Source of the DNA: Vibrio alginolyticus NBRC 15630 = ATCC 17749
Lineage (GTDB): Bacteria; Pseudomonadota; Gammaproteobacteria; Enterobacterales; Vibrionaceae
Reading direction: 5' to 3'
Assembly: GCF_000354175.2 (NCBI RefSeq)
Contig: NC_022349.1
Span: 300,001-332,000, forward strand
DNA: 32,000 nt
Shown: in pieces, positions 16,540-26,067 of the stretch
How the letters are laid out: the number at the start of each line of letters is the position of its first letter
Numbering within the stretch: position 1 is the first letter of the stretch
The notes under the pieces: generated by a model
The model's database searches: none
The model's input: only the letters and a program-made list of their open reading frames with translations
What the model was told of the DNA's origin: nothing
Position numbers and translations under genes: made by a program

Positions 16540-18261
16540 TTATAGAGATTGTAATAGCTGGTAGTAACGACCTTTTTGAGCGAGTAGCGTTGGATGGTCG
16601 CCTTGTTCGATGATCTCACCTTGTTCCATCAAACAGATGCTATCCATACTTTCTAGCTCTATCAGTCGGTGTGTAATGAATACTACTGTCTTATTAGCAA
16701 AGTGTTCATTGAAAAGCGCCATCACTTTTTGTTCCGTACGCTTATCGAGGCCTTCAGTCGGTTCATCTAAGAGTAGGATTGGGGCATCACGTAGCAATGC
16801 TCGAGCAATACCGATTCGACGTTTCTCACCACCAGATAACTGACGACCGCCGTCGCCTAACCAAGCGTCTAACCCCGGCTCTTCAAGAAGCCCGCCAAGC
16901 TCGACTTTTTGTAAAATAGTAGACAGTTGCTCATCACTTGCATCCGGAGCGGCCATGAGTAAGTTGTCACGTAGTGTCCCGTTTAGTACATCTACGCGTT
17001 GACTGACCACAGTCATTGCTGATCGCAGGTCCGACTCGCTCCAATCTTGCAGTTTTGTACCACCGATTCGAACTTCACCTTGGTTAACATCCCAGTAGCG
17101 GCAAAGAAGCTGAATCAGTGTTGATTTACCTGAACCTGTTTGACCTACAATTGCAGTTTTAGTGCCCAACGGTAGTGAGAGTGACAAGTCTTTCAGCACC
17201 TTTTGCTGACCGTCAGGGTAAGTAAAATCTATGTTGTCGAATTCAATGTCTAACGTTGTGTCTTTATGTTTCGACTGCTCAGGGAAGACAACGTCAGGTT
17301 CAGCCAAAATTACTTCATTTAAACGACGAGCAGAGGTCAACGTTTGACCGAGATACTGGAATGCGCCTGCGATAGGCATCAGAATCTCAAAGCTCGCCAT
17401 GGTTGCAAACGCAAACAGCGCAATCCAAGGATCAGGAGCACGACCACCTACGCCGTCTGCAGCAAACCAAAGCATCACAACCAGTGTAATGCCGTTCACC
17501 AGCATAAGCAGGCCTGAAGCCATGCCCGTTAAGTTCGCGTTCACAAATTGGTTAGACAGCAACTGCTTCTGCTTCTCTAGAATGAGATTACGATAACGTT
17601 CTTCTGCTCCAAAGATACTCAGTTCGCTGTAGCCTTGAAGCCAGTCCAGTGTCGCCACTCGCAATTGCGCTTTATGATGAGTGAGATTCTCGCCATTATT
17701 TTTACCCAGTTTATAGAACAGCACTGGCCATACAAACAACATGACGGTAAGAATCGAGCCAAGCAGTAGGGCGAGATGCCAATCAAAGAACGCCAGGACA
17801 GCCGTTAAACTCAATATGCCAAAAATACCAATCACGACAGGGCTGATAAGTCGAAGGTATACGTGATCCATCGCATCTACGTCCGCTACTAAGCGGTTGA
17901 GCAGATCGGCATCACGCATCGTAGAAACACGACCCGGAATCAGTGGTGCAAGTTTCTTAAAGAAGAAGATACGTAGATCGGTAAGCAGCTTGAACGTTGC
18001 ATTGTGGCTAACGACACGTTCTCCCCATCGACCTGCGGTTCGAGCCATTGCAGCGCCGCGTACCCCGGCACCTGGTAACATGTAGTTGAAGGTCTCACGA
18101 GCAACCGTCAAGCCTGCCACCGCTGCGGCTGAAATAAACCAACCTGATAGCGTTAATAAGCCAATAGACGCCGCTAAGGTCAGAAATGCCAGTAGCATAC
18201 CTAGCGAAAGACCAAACCAGTGTTTTTTATAGAGTTTTAGATAAGGGAGTAAATCACGCAT
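16540..18261 (-). CDS. cydC: Cysteine/glutathione ABC exporter subunit CydC
   Basis: Fused TMD-NBD ABC protein with Walker A GQTGSGKST, signature LSGGEKRR and Walker B LLLDEP. It overlaps the upstream cydD by 8 nt, and the trxB-cydD-cydC order matches E. coli. Confidence 0.9.
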   Translation of the reverse strand: MRDLLPYLKLYKKHWFGLSLGMLLAFLTLAASIGLLTLSGWFISAAAVAGLTVARETFNYMLPGAGVRGAAMARTAGRWGERVVSHNATFKLLTDLRIFFFKKLAPLIPGRVSTMRDADLLNRLVADVDAMDHVYLRLISPVVIGIFGILSLTAVLAFFDWHLALLLGSILTVMLFVWPVLFYKLGKNNGENLTHHKAQLRVATLDWLQGYSELSIFGAEERYRNLILEKQKQLLSNQFVNANLTGMASGLLMLVNGITLVVMLWFAADGVGGRAPDPWIALFAFATMASFEILMPIAGAFQYLGQTLTSARRLNEVILAEPDVVFPEQSKHKDTTLDIEFDNIDFTYPDGQQKVLKDLSLSLPLGTKTAIVGQTGSGKSTLIQLLCRYWDVNQGEVRIGGTKLQDWSESDLRSAMTVVSQRVDVLNGTLRDNLLMAAPDASDEQLSTILQKVELGGLLEEPGLDAWLGDGGRQLSGGEKRRIGIARALLRDAPILLLDEPTEGLDKRTEQKVMALFNEHFANKTVVFITHRLIELESMDSICLMEQGEIIEQGDHPTLLAQKGRYYQLLQSL

Positions 18262-20041
18262 CTAAGTTCCCCTTGTCTGTTTCACGTTGTGCGAGGTTCG
18301 CTTCCAACATGTCTTTAAATAAGCCATCTTCTGTCGACAGTGTGGCGTAATCACCACGTTGAACAATCTGGCCGTCCTGCATAACAAGAATTTGCGATAC
18401 GTTTTGTAAAGGCGCAAGTTGGTGAGTAATCATCAAATTCGTTGTGGCATGCGCATACTTGTTAATGCCTTCCATCACGAGTTTTTCACTGCGAGCATCT
18501 AAGCTTGCGGTTGGTTCATCTAATAACCAAAAACGACCATTTTGTAGCATGGCGCGAGCCAGTGCTAAACGCTGCGCTTGGCCGACAGATAAACCACCAG
18601 AACGATCAGATATCGGATAATCCAACCCATGCATTTCAACAAATTCAGCAGCGTGAGAGTCATTCAACACAGAATGTACGTCTGCATCCTGAATATTGTG
18701 CTTACCTAGTGTGATGTTATCTCGAATGCTACCGTGTAATAGCATCGGGTTTTGACCAATCCAGCTTACTGCCTCTCGCCATGTGGCTAGATCCAGTTGC
18801 GACAATTCACAACCATTAATCTTCAAGCTACCTTGATAAGGCATGAAACCGAGGATGGTGTTTACCAAGCTTGTTTTACCTGCGCCACTTGGTCCAACTA
18901 AAGCCGTACTTTTGTTGGCTTCAAGAGAGAAGGATAGGGGACCTGCGAGCTGCTTACCTTCCGGACTAAAAATGGTTAACTGGTCCGCTTCAATATGGAT
19001 AGGGCTGTTTTTATCTAACGCTTGGGTACCATCTTTGATTTGATCGACTTCCAAACCCAGAAACTCGACAATGCTTTCTGCTGCCCCAACCGCTTGCTGT
19101 TTCGCATGATAGAACGTGCCCAAATCACGTAATGGCTGATAAAACTCTGGAGCAAGAATCAGAATGAACAAACCAGCAAAGAGCGTAACACCTGTGCCGT
19201 AGTAGCCGAAGTCCAGCTCCCCGATATAACTAAAGCCAAAGTAGACAGCGGTAATTGCGATAGAAATGGAAGTGAAAAACTCTAACACCGCAGAAGACAG
19301 AAACGCGATTTTCAGAACGTCCATGGTACGAGTACGAAAGACTTCTGAAGCACCCTTTAGCGTCTCAGTTTCAGATTTTGTTCTATCGAATAAGCGAATG
19401 GTTGTCATTGCTTGCAAGCGGTCATAAAAGTGACCCGACAAACGCTGCATCGCTTTAAAGTTTTTACGGTTTGCTTCTGCGGCTTTCATCCCAACCAGTG
19501 CCATGAAAATAGGCACTAGTGGTGCAGTGACCAGGAAGATCAAGCCTGCTGCCCAGTTTACTGGGAATACGACAACCAAAATGATGAAAGGCACTAGTAC
19601 CGATAATGACATTTGAGGCAAGTAGCGTGAGAAGAAATCTTGCATATCTTCTACTTGCTCTAAGATGAGCGTTGCCCAACTGCCAGCAGGTTTGCCTTTG
19701 ATGTAAGCTGGCCCAAGTTTATGAACTTTATCTAAAATGAGTTGGCGAATATAAACTCGAATTTGCTCCCCGCAACGGTAACCGGCAAGCTCTCGACCCC
19801 AGGTACAAGCAGCTCGACCGATAACCGTGCCACCGAGCCCAACAAAATGCCAAATGAGGTCGGCTTTGTCGACTTGGTCAATGATTAACTGGTGCAGAAT
19901 GGAGGCGAGCAGGGCTGCTTGAGCCAATAAAAACACGCTTGAAAGTACGCCTAGGCCTATCGCAATCATAAGCCAGCGCTTGGCTAACTTACTTTGTTGC
20001 TTCAGCCACTTATTCAAGCTGCTTTGCTTTTTCTTATCCAT
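18254..20041 (-). CDS. cydD: Cysteine/glutathione ABC exporter subunit CydD
   Basis: KPAGSWATLILEQVEDMQDFFSRYLPQM, LAPEFYQPLRDLGTFYHAKQQAVGAA, Walker A GPSGAGKTS and LSVGQAQR are collinear with E. coli CydD as remembered. Confidence 0.9.
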   Translation of the reverse strand: MDKKKQSSLNKWLKQQSKLAKRWLMIAIGLGVLSSVFLLAQAALLASILHQLIIDQVDKADLIWHFVGLGGTVIGRAACTWGRELAGYRCGEQIRVYIRQLILDKVHKLGPAYIKGKPAGSWATLILEQVEDMQDFFSRYLPQMSLSVLVPFIILVVVFPVNWAAGLIFLVTAPLVPIFMALVGMKAAEANRKNFKAMQRLSGHFYDRLQAMTTIRLFDRTKSETETLKGASEVFRTRTMDVLKIAFLSSAVLEFFTSISIAITAVYFGFSYIGELDFGYYGTGVTLFAGLFILILAPEFYQPLRDLGTFYHAKQQAVGAAESIVEFLGLEVDQIKDGTQALDKNSPIHIEADQLTIFSPEGKQLAGPLSFSLEANKSTALVGPSGAGKTSLVNTILGFMPYQGSLKINGCELSQLDLATWREAVSWIGQNPMLLHGSIRDNITLGKHNIQDADVHSVLNDSHAAEFVEMHGLDYPISDRSGGLSVGQAQRLALARAMLQNGRFWLLDEPTASLDARSEKLVMEGINKYAHATTNLMITHQLAPLQNVSQILVMQDGQIVQRGDYATLSTEDGLFKDMLEANLAQRETDKGNLDA

Positions 20042-20083
20042 CGTGAAGGCTTAATGATAATTGTTTTAATGAGGCGGTAGTAT

Positions 20084-20115
20084 ACAAAAGAAAACCCAGC
20101 GGGAATACCGCTGGG
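20084..20115 (-). terminator. Rho-independent terminator after trxB
   Basis: CCCAGCGG (20095-20102) / CCGCTGGG (20108-20115) stem. On the minus strand it is followed by TTTTCTTTTGT. Confidence 0.8.
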
Positions 20116-20144
20116 CTTTAAGGATATGACACAAATGTGAAAAG

Positions 20145-21152
<1,008 letters not shown>

Positions 21153-21460
21153 TTAGTGCTTTAAAAGCATAAACAACGATTGTGATCGAATAATTGGTTA
21201 TAGATTAGAACCCACTAAATATTGATTGAGAACGTTGACTTCTAGCATAAAATTCTATTCGTAGTAGAGAAGTCTAGTTTCAAATATTGTCAAAGCGTAA
21301 AACTGAAACATGGCTCTGTTTTTGTGGTTTGGTTTGGTTTGTTATGTTGTTTTCGTCGTTTTGTTGAAGCTATCAACGTTAAAAGCTGGTAATTGCAGAA
21401 TATTTGCGTAACCTAGTGTGTAAATTAAATGTTAATTAATGTGCCTCATTAAAGGAGCAA

Positions 21461-22120
21461 ATGATGTTACATTCACGTGAGAATACTCTACATTTAACAC
21501 AGCTCAGCATGGCAGCAATTGAGCAGCTTTCCCCATCGTTTGAAGAACTGCCTCGTACCGAACATGCAGATGGTCAGTATCGACTACGACGTTATTCTGT
21601 GGTTGGCTTTGATAACGGCAAAGTCATCGACTTAAATAAAAATAGCTTTGTTCAATCCTCTGATATCAACCGATTTCAAGGTGATGTAGTAAGACAATTC
21701 GAGCCAATTGAGAAGGATATTCTTACCAGCGATGGATTTCGAGAAATGTGTGAATTGTTTGTCAATGCGAATCATCTGCCAAACGGTCAAGAAATAGAAA
21801 TTCACCAAATCCGTATCAGGGCACTGGAAGAAGAAACCCAAGTAGCACCTGAAGGTGTGCACCAAGACGGTTTTGATCATATTGCAATGGTTGGTGTGGG
21901 ACGCCATAACATCATCGGTGGCGACATCATGCTGTACAGCAGCCATAACCAAGCCCCATTTTTCCGTAAAGTGCTAGAAACCGGAGAGGTCGCAATCTTG
22001 GCTGATAGCAAGCTGTGGCATAACGCGTGCCCAATCCGCTCTGTTATTGATGACGAAGCGGGCCATATGGATGTATTTGTACTTACTGCTACGGATAAGC
22101 GTAATGAACTTCAATCTTAA
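21461..22120 (+). CDS. 2OG-Fe(II) oxygenase family protein (PF10014-like, the IDO/BsmA-type fold)
   Basis: APEGVHQDGFDH supplies the HxD pair and KLWHNACP supplies a distal His about 50 residues later. The AAGGAG SD is at 21452-21457, so the ATG at 21464 may be the real start. The 3' end overlaps the next gene by 17 nt. Confidence 0.8.
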   Translation: MMLHSRENTLHLTQLSMAAIEQLSPSFEELPRTEHADGQYRLRRYSVVGFDNGKVIDLNKNSFVQSSDINRFQGDVVRQFEPIEKDILTSDGFREMCELFVNANHLPNGQEIEIHQIRIRALEEETQVAPEGVHQDGFDHIAMVGVGRHNIIGGDIMLYSSHNQAPFFRKVLETGEVAILADSKLWHNACPIRSVIDDEAGHMDVFVLTATDKRNELQS

Positions 22121-23339
22121 TCAGATCAGAGAGCAATTTCCGGCGTTGGCTCAATACCACAACGACAAGCCCGTGACGTTTTTTGATGGTCCAGGTGGCT
22201 CACAAGTGCCTCAACCAGTACTAGACAGCATGGTTGGGTATTTAGGTCGTTTCAACGCTAACTTAGGCGGGCATTATTTTTCTAGCCAAGTGACCGTTGA
22301 CGTAATGCAAAATGCGCGTGAGTCGGCTCAGGCTCTACTTAATGCCCCTTCATCTGGCAATATTGTCTTCGGTGCCAATATGACCTCACTAACCTTTCAG
22401 CTTAGTCGCGCGATTAGTCGAGATTGGCAAGCAGGAGATGAGATCATTGTCTCCGCTTTGGATCACTATTCAAATGTATCCAGCTGGCAGCAAGCGGCAG
22501 AAGATAAAGGCGTTACGGTTCATCAAGTTCGTATCAACGAAGAAGATTGTACGCTTGATATGGAGCATTTAAGCCGCCTTCTTTCTGATAAAACGCGCCT
22601 TGTCGCTGTGACTTATGCATCGAACACGACGGGCTCTATTGTGGATGTACAGCAAGTAGTCAGCATGGCGCACAATGTTGGGGCACAAGTTTATGTGGAT
22701 GCCGTCCATTATGCGCCTCATCATTTGGTTGATGTTCAAGCGTTAGGTTGTGACTTTTTAGCTTGCTCAGCTTACAAGTTTTTCGGACCACACGTTGGTA
22801 TTGCTTACATAGCCGATCAGTGGCTCCACAGTATTCTCCCTTACAAAGTCGAGCCTGCCACTAATATAGGCCCTGGTCGATTTGAAACAGGAACGCAAAG
22901 TTTTGAAGGTCTTGCTGGTGTCGTTTCTGCGGTTGAGTATCTGGCTCAATTTGGTGAAGTCGGTTTACCTCTTCGCCAACGATTGGAGCAAAGCTACCAA
23001 CTGTATGAACAACATGAGCAGCGCTTGAGTGAGCGTTTCTTGCAGCGTTTGAATGCATTAGATGGTGTCAATCTATTCGGTATCGCAAAGGAAGATAGCC
23101 AACTCCGCACGCCAACTTTTGCGCTAACGTTTGACCGATATTCTCCAGAGTTCATCGCGAAAACACTGGGTGAACATAACATTTGTGTATGGAATGGTCA
23201 CTTTTATGCGTTGGGCTTAGTTCGTCAACTTGGTTTAGAAGAATCGGGTGGTGTAGTGCGAATTGGTTGTATGCATTACAACACAATAGAAGAAGTCGAT
23301 ATGTTATTCGATGTGCTAGAAAGCATCCTTGACGCATAA
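22104..23339 (+). CDS. Class V PLP-dependent enzyme, SufS/cysteine-desulfurase-like (the 'VC1184 subfamily' as I recall it)
   Basis: MNFNLNQIREQFPAL... is a typical family N-terminus. The PLP-Lys lies in CSAYKFFGPHVG, and the C-terminal block is VVRIGCMHYNTIEEVD. I chose the start at 22104 by homology. The track ORF begins 19 codons earlier, inside the upstream gene. Confidence 0.85.
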   Translation: MNFNLNQIREQFPALAQYHNDKPVTFFDGPGGSQVPQPVLDSMVGYLGRFNANLGGHYFSSQVTVDVMQNARESAQALLNAPSSGNIVFGANMTSLTFQLSRAISRDWQAGDEIIVSALDHYSNVSSWQQAAEDKGVTVHQVRINEEDCTLDMEHLSRLLSDKTRLVAVTYASNTTGSIVDVQQVVSMAHNVGAQVYVDAVHYAPHHLVDVQALGCDFLACSAYKFFGPHVGIAYIADQWLHSILPYKVEPATNIGPGRFETGTQSFEGLAGVVSAVEYLAQFGEVGLPLRQRLEQSYQLYEQHEQRLSERFLQRLNALDGVNLFGIAKEDSQLRTPTFALTFDRYSPEFIAKTLGEHNICVWNGHFYALGLVRQLGLEESGGVVRIGCMHYNTIEEVDMLFDVLESILDA

Positions 23340-23360
23340 CTAACGATTTCTTCCTAATAG

Positions 23361-23400
23361 AAAAACAAAAGCTCGAGTCAAACTCGAGCTTTTTTCATTT
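23361..23400. terminator. Bidirectional terminator between the PLP-enzyme gene (+) and the DUF2797-like gene (-)
   Basis: AGCTCGAGT (23370-23378) / ACTCGAGCT (23382-23390) stem with an A-rich 5' flank and a TTTTTCATTTTTATTT 3' flank. Confidence 0.85.
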
Positions 23401-23429
23401 TTATTTGAATCAACGCGTTCTGCAAGCGA

Positions 23430-24266
23430 TTACTCACTAACTTCAACTTCATAGGAAGTGAATTTTCTTACATTAATAACGCCGGTATCAAAGATGAGGT
23501 ATTGACCTTTGATGCCTTGCAAAGTGCCAGTAACAACCGGGTTTTTATCGAAGTTATGCGAAGTGATCTTCGTTGGGTGCTGTTGTACCGGGTAGCTAAG
23601 GTCGGTAATGCTTTCGTTTAATACTTCAATGGCATCTTCGCCGAATTGCTGTTTTATCTCGGCAATTTTCTCTTCGACTAAAGGCAATAGCTCAGCAAAA
23701 CGGTCCTGCAATGCCATAGGTTCACCGTCACCTTTTAGCAGTGTGCGCCAATTGGTCTTGTCTGCGATATGTTTCGCCAGTTCAACTTCAATTAAACCGG
23801 AGATATGGCGAGTTTTTACTTTAAAAATTGGCAAGCCCTGAGTCGCGCCTTGGTCAATCCAACGAGTCGGGATTTGAGTATGACGAGTAATACCAACTTT
23901 TAAGCTGGATGTGTTGGACAGGTAGACAAAGTGATCCACCATGCAATTCTCTTCACCCCATTGTGGTTCGCGACAAGTCCCTTGATCGTAGTGGCAGGTC
24001 TCTGGCTTCATGATACACATGTCGCAGCTTGCTAGCTTTTTCATGCATACAAAACAGTGGCCTTGCGAATAACTCTTTTTCGTTTTCTTTCCACATGAGC
24101 AACAAAAAATATTGCCAGTGTGAGTCAGTGTGAGCGTTTTACCCAGAAAAGGAGTTAAGTCGATTTCTTCCTCACCGACAGGAAGACGGTAGTTGACGGC
24201 ACCGTCCAGAGAAGCACGCATTTTGTTTAGCGTGCCAGTTGCAATTAATGACATGACATTACTCAT
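23430..24266 (-). CDS. DUF2797-like Cys-rich (zinc-ribbon) protein of unknown function
   Basis: Cys cluster CCSCGKKTKKSYSQGHCFVCMKKLASCDMCIMKPETCHYDQGTCREPQWGEENC, followed by FVYLSNTSSLKVGITRHTQIPTRWIDQGA. The family name is from memory and not verified. Confidence 0.65.
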   Translation of the reverse strand: MSNVMSLIATGTLNKMRASLDGAVNYRLPVGEEEIDLTPFLGKTLTLTHTGNIFCCSCGKKTKKSYSQGHCFVCMKKLASCDMCIMKPETCHYDQGTCREPQWGEENCMVDHFVYLSNTSSLKVGITRHTQIPTRWIDQGATQGLPIFKVKTRHISGLIEVELAKHIADKTNWRTLLKGDGEPMALQDRFAELLPLVEEKIAEIKQQFGEDAIEVLNESITDLSYPVQQHPTKITSHNFDKNPVVTGTLQGIKGQYLIFDTGVINVRKFTSYEVEVSE

Positions 24267-24587
24267 TATTGTGTTTTTGCACAGTATATACTGAAGTGGA
24301 GAAGAGATGCAGGGTTGACAGGAGCTTTAAAGTAAATGTCTTGCACTAAATTATTATGCATCGTGTTTTATTTTCTAAAAATTATGGCTGTGAAATGCTT
24401 CGCAAATAGAAGTTGGGCTGCACTTTTTAGAAATTTTAAAACGTGATAACGGTTCAAAATCCGTTACCATGTGTCGAAACTAAGAATTGAATGAAAAAGC
24501 GATTTTATTTCTTGATAAATCACCTTGATTTCATTTTTGAAATTATTGAACCCCACGTATTGTATAATCTCAGCAGGTCACTTGCCC

Positions 24588-25925
24588 ATGAAGTGGATCC
24601 ATAACTTTATCTTTGCTCTTTCTATTTGCACTATCAGTTTGGTTGCCCTTTATAGTGTGCTTGGCGATACGCGAAAGCTGACCATTACACCTGAGTATTT
24701 CAATATCTATGCAACTAAAGATGCCAGTGAAGGAGGTGTGAGTGAGGCAGATATCACATACGATCGGCAAAGCCTAGTCCTTAGCTGTGAACTAAAGCAG
24801 AGCTCGTATGCTTGGCCTTATTGCGGAATCTCGGTTTATACCGATTCAGCAACGCCAACACAGGGTATTGACCTTTCCAACTACCATACGATTCGATTGA
24901 AGGTGCGATATGAAGAGGCAGGAATAGGGGCTAACCCTAGCCACGACCTACGTTTGTATCTTCGCAATTATAATTCTGAGTATTCCAAACCGGACGACGA
25001 GTACACCATTAAATATAATGGCATGCAGTTTTCTCCGTCGGGTTCGATCGATATTGTCGAAATTCCGATTAAAAATCTTCAGGTGATGACCTGGTGGTTA
25101 GCAGATAACGGAGTCGCGATTGAACACTCTGCACCTGAATTTTCAAACATCACACGTATTGATATTGCAACTGGGTCTGGTGCGGCACTTGGTAAACATA
25201 GAATTGTGATTGATAAAATTGAGTTTGAAGGCGCTTACCTTGCGCAAGAAACATTGTTGTATGCATTATTACTCTCTTGGATGGCGCTTGGACTGGCTTT
25301 TTCACTGCATGAGTTACGAAAAAATAGAGTGGCTTATGAAAAAGCGCAAAAGCGTCACCGTCATTTGGAAAAGGTGAATGATACTTTGCGAGCTCAAAAC
25401 TATGAGTTTGCAGAGTTAGCGCATCGAGATGCTTTGACGGGCGCGATGAACCGATATGCTGTGCAACACTGGCTGGAACAACAATCTCGTCAGGTTCGCT
25501 GGGGGCATAACACCTTCAGTATTCTCTATTTGGACTTGGATAAGTTTAAAAAGGTGAACGACAAATTTGGGCACCAAATGGGGGATGACATATTGCGCGA
25601 ATTTGTCATGGTGGTAGCGACTTCTATTTACTCAGACGATCGACTCGTTCGTTGGGGCGGCGAAGAGTTTGTCGTATTTTGCCCTGATACCAATATTGAA
25701 CAAGCGCTAGAGAAGGCAGAAATGATTCGCAAAAATGTGGAGGATCATTTGTGGGTGCACGGTGAATCATTAACTTGCAGTATTGGCATTGCCCAAATGC
25801 AGAATGAACGCGTCTCAGAAACCATGGCGAGAGCTGACGAAGTGTTGTATCAGGCGAAGCGCAATGGTCGCAACCGAGTGGAAGCTCATTATGGTTTACT
25901 TGCTTGCGAAAAGAAGCAAGCCTGA
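24588..25925 (+). CDS. Membrane diguanylate cyclase (GGDEF) with an uncharacterised periplasmic sensor domain
   Basis: TM1 is in MKWIHNFIFALSICTISLVALYSVL, followed by a periplasmic domain of about 190 aa, then TM2 LLYALLLSWMALGLAFSL and a coiled linker. The GGDEF domain has an intact RWGGEEFVVF active site. I chose the start at 24588. The track begins 21 codons upstream at a non-ATG codon. Confidence 0.85.
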   Translation: MKWIHNFIFALSICTISLVALYSVLGDTRKLTITPEYFNIYATKDASEGGVSEADITYDRQSLVLSCELKQSSYAWPYCGISVYTDSATPTQGIDLSNYHTIRLKVRYEEAGIGANPSHDLRLYLRNYNSEYSKPDDEYTIKYNGMQFSPSGSIDIVEIPIKNLQVMTWWLADNGVAIEHSAPEFSNITRIDIATGSGAALGKHRIVIDKIEFEGAYLAQETLLYALLLSWMALGLAFSLHELRKNRVAYEKAQKRHRHLEKVNDTLRAQNYEFAELAHRDALTGAMNRYAVQHWLEQQSRQVRWGHNTFSILYLDLDKFKKVNDKFGHQMGDDILREFVMVVATSIYSDDRLVRWGGEEFVVFCPDTNIEQALEKAEMIRKNVEDHLWVHGESLTCSIGIAQMQNERVSETMARADEVLYQAKRNGRNRVEAHYGLLACEKKQA

Positions 25926-25945
25926 TAGCCGTTCACTAAAAGGAA

Positions 25946-25971
25946 AGAAAAAAGGTGGCCAACTGGCCACC
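25946..25971 (-). terminator. Rho-independent terminator about 100 nt downstream of the DASS transporter gene; the hairpin also sits just after the convergent GGDEF gene
   Basis: GGTGGCC (25954-25960) / GGCCACC (25965-25971) stem with AACT loop. The minus-strand trailer is TTTTTTCTTTCCTTTT. Confidence 0.75.
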
Positions 25972-26067
25972 AAGAGGGAAACTGCTGAACACCACTTAGG
26001 GGGGAAGTTTGGGTTATCGATACGATTACCGTGAGCAGCAGTGTAGTGCTAATCGAACTTGCTATTT

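Noticed and set aside
24336-24446. 36-codon ORF (MSCTKLLCIVFYFLKIMAVKCFANRSWAALFRNFKT) in the DUF2797 / GGDEF divergent region, near a perfect TTGACA at 24315-24320.
   Set aside because: The AGGAG lies 11 nt from the ATG. The TTGACA has no -10 element at workable spacing. An ORF of this length is not improbable by chance. I keep it only as a note.
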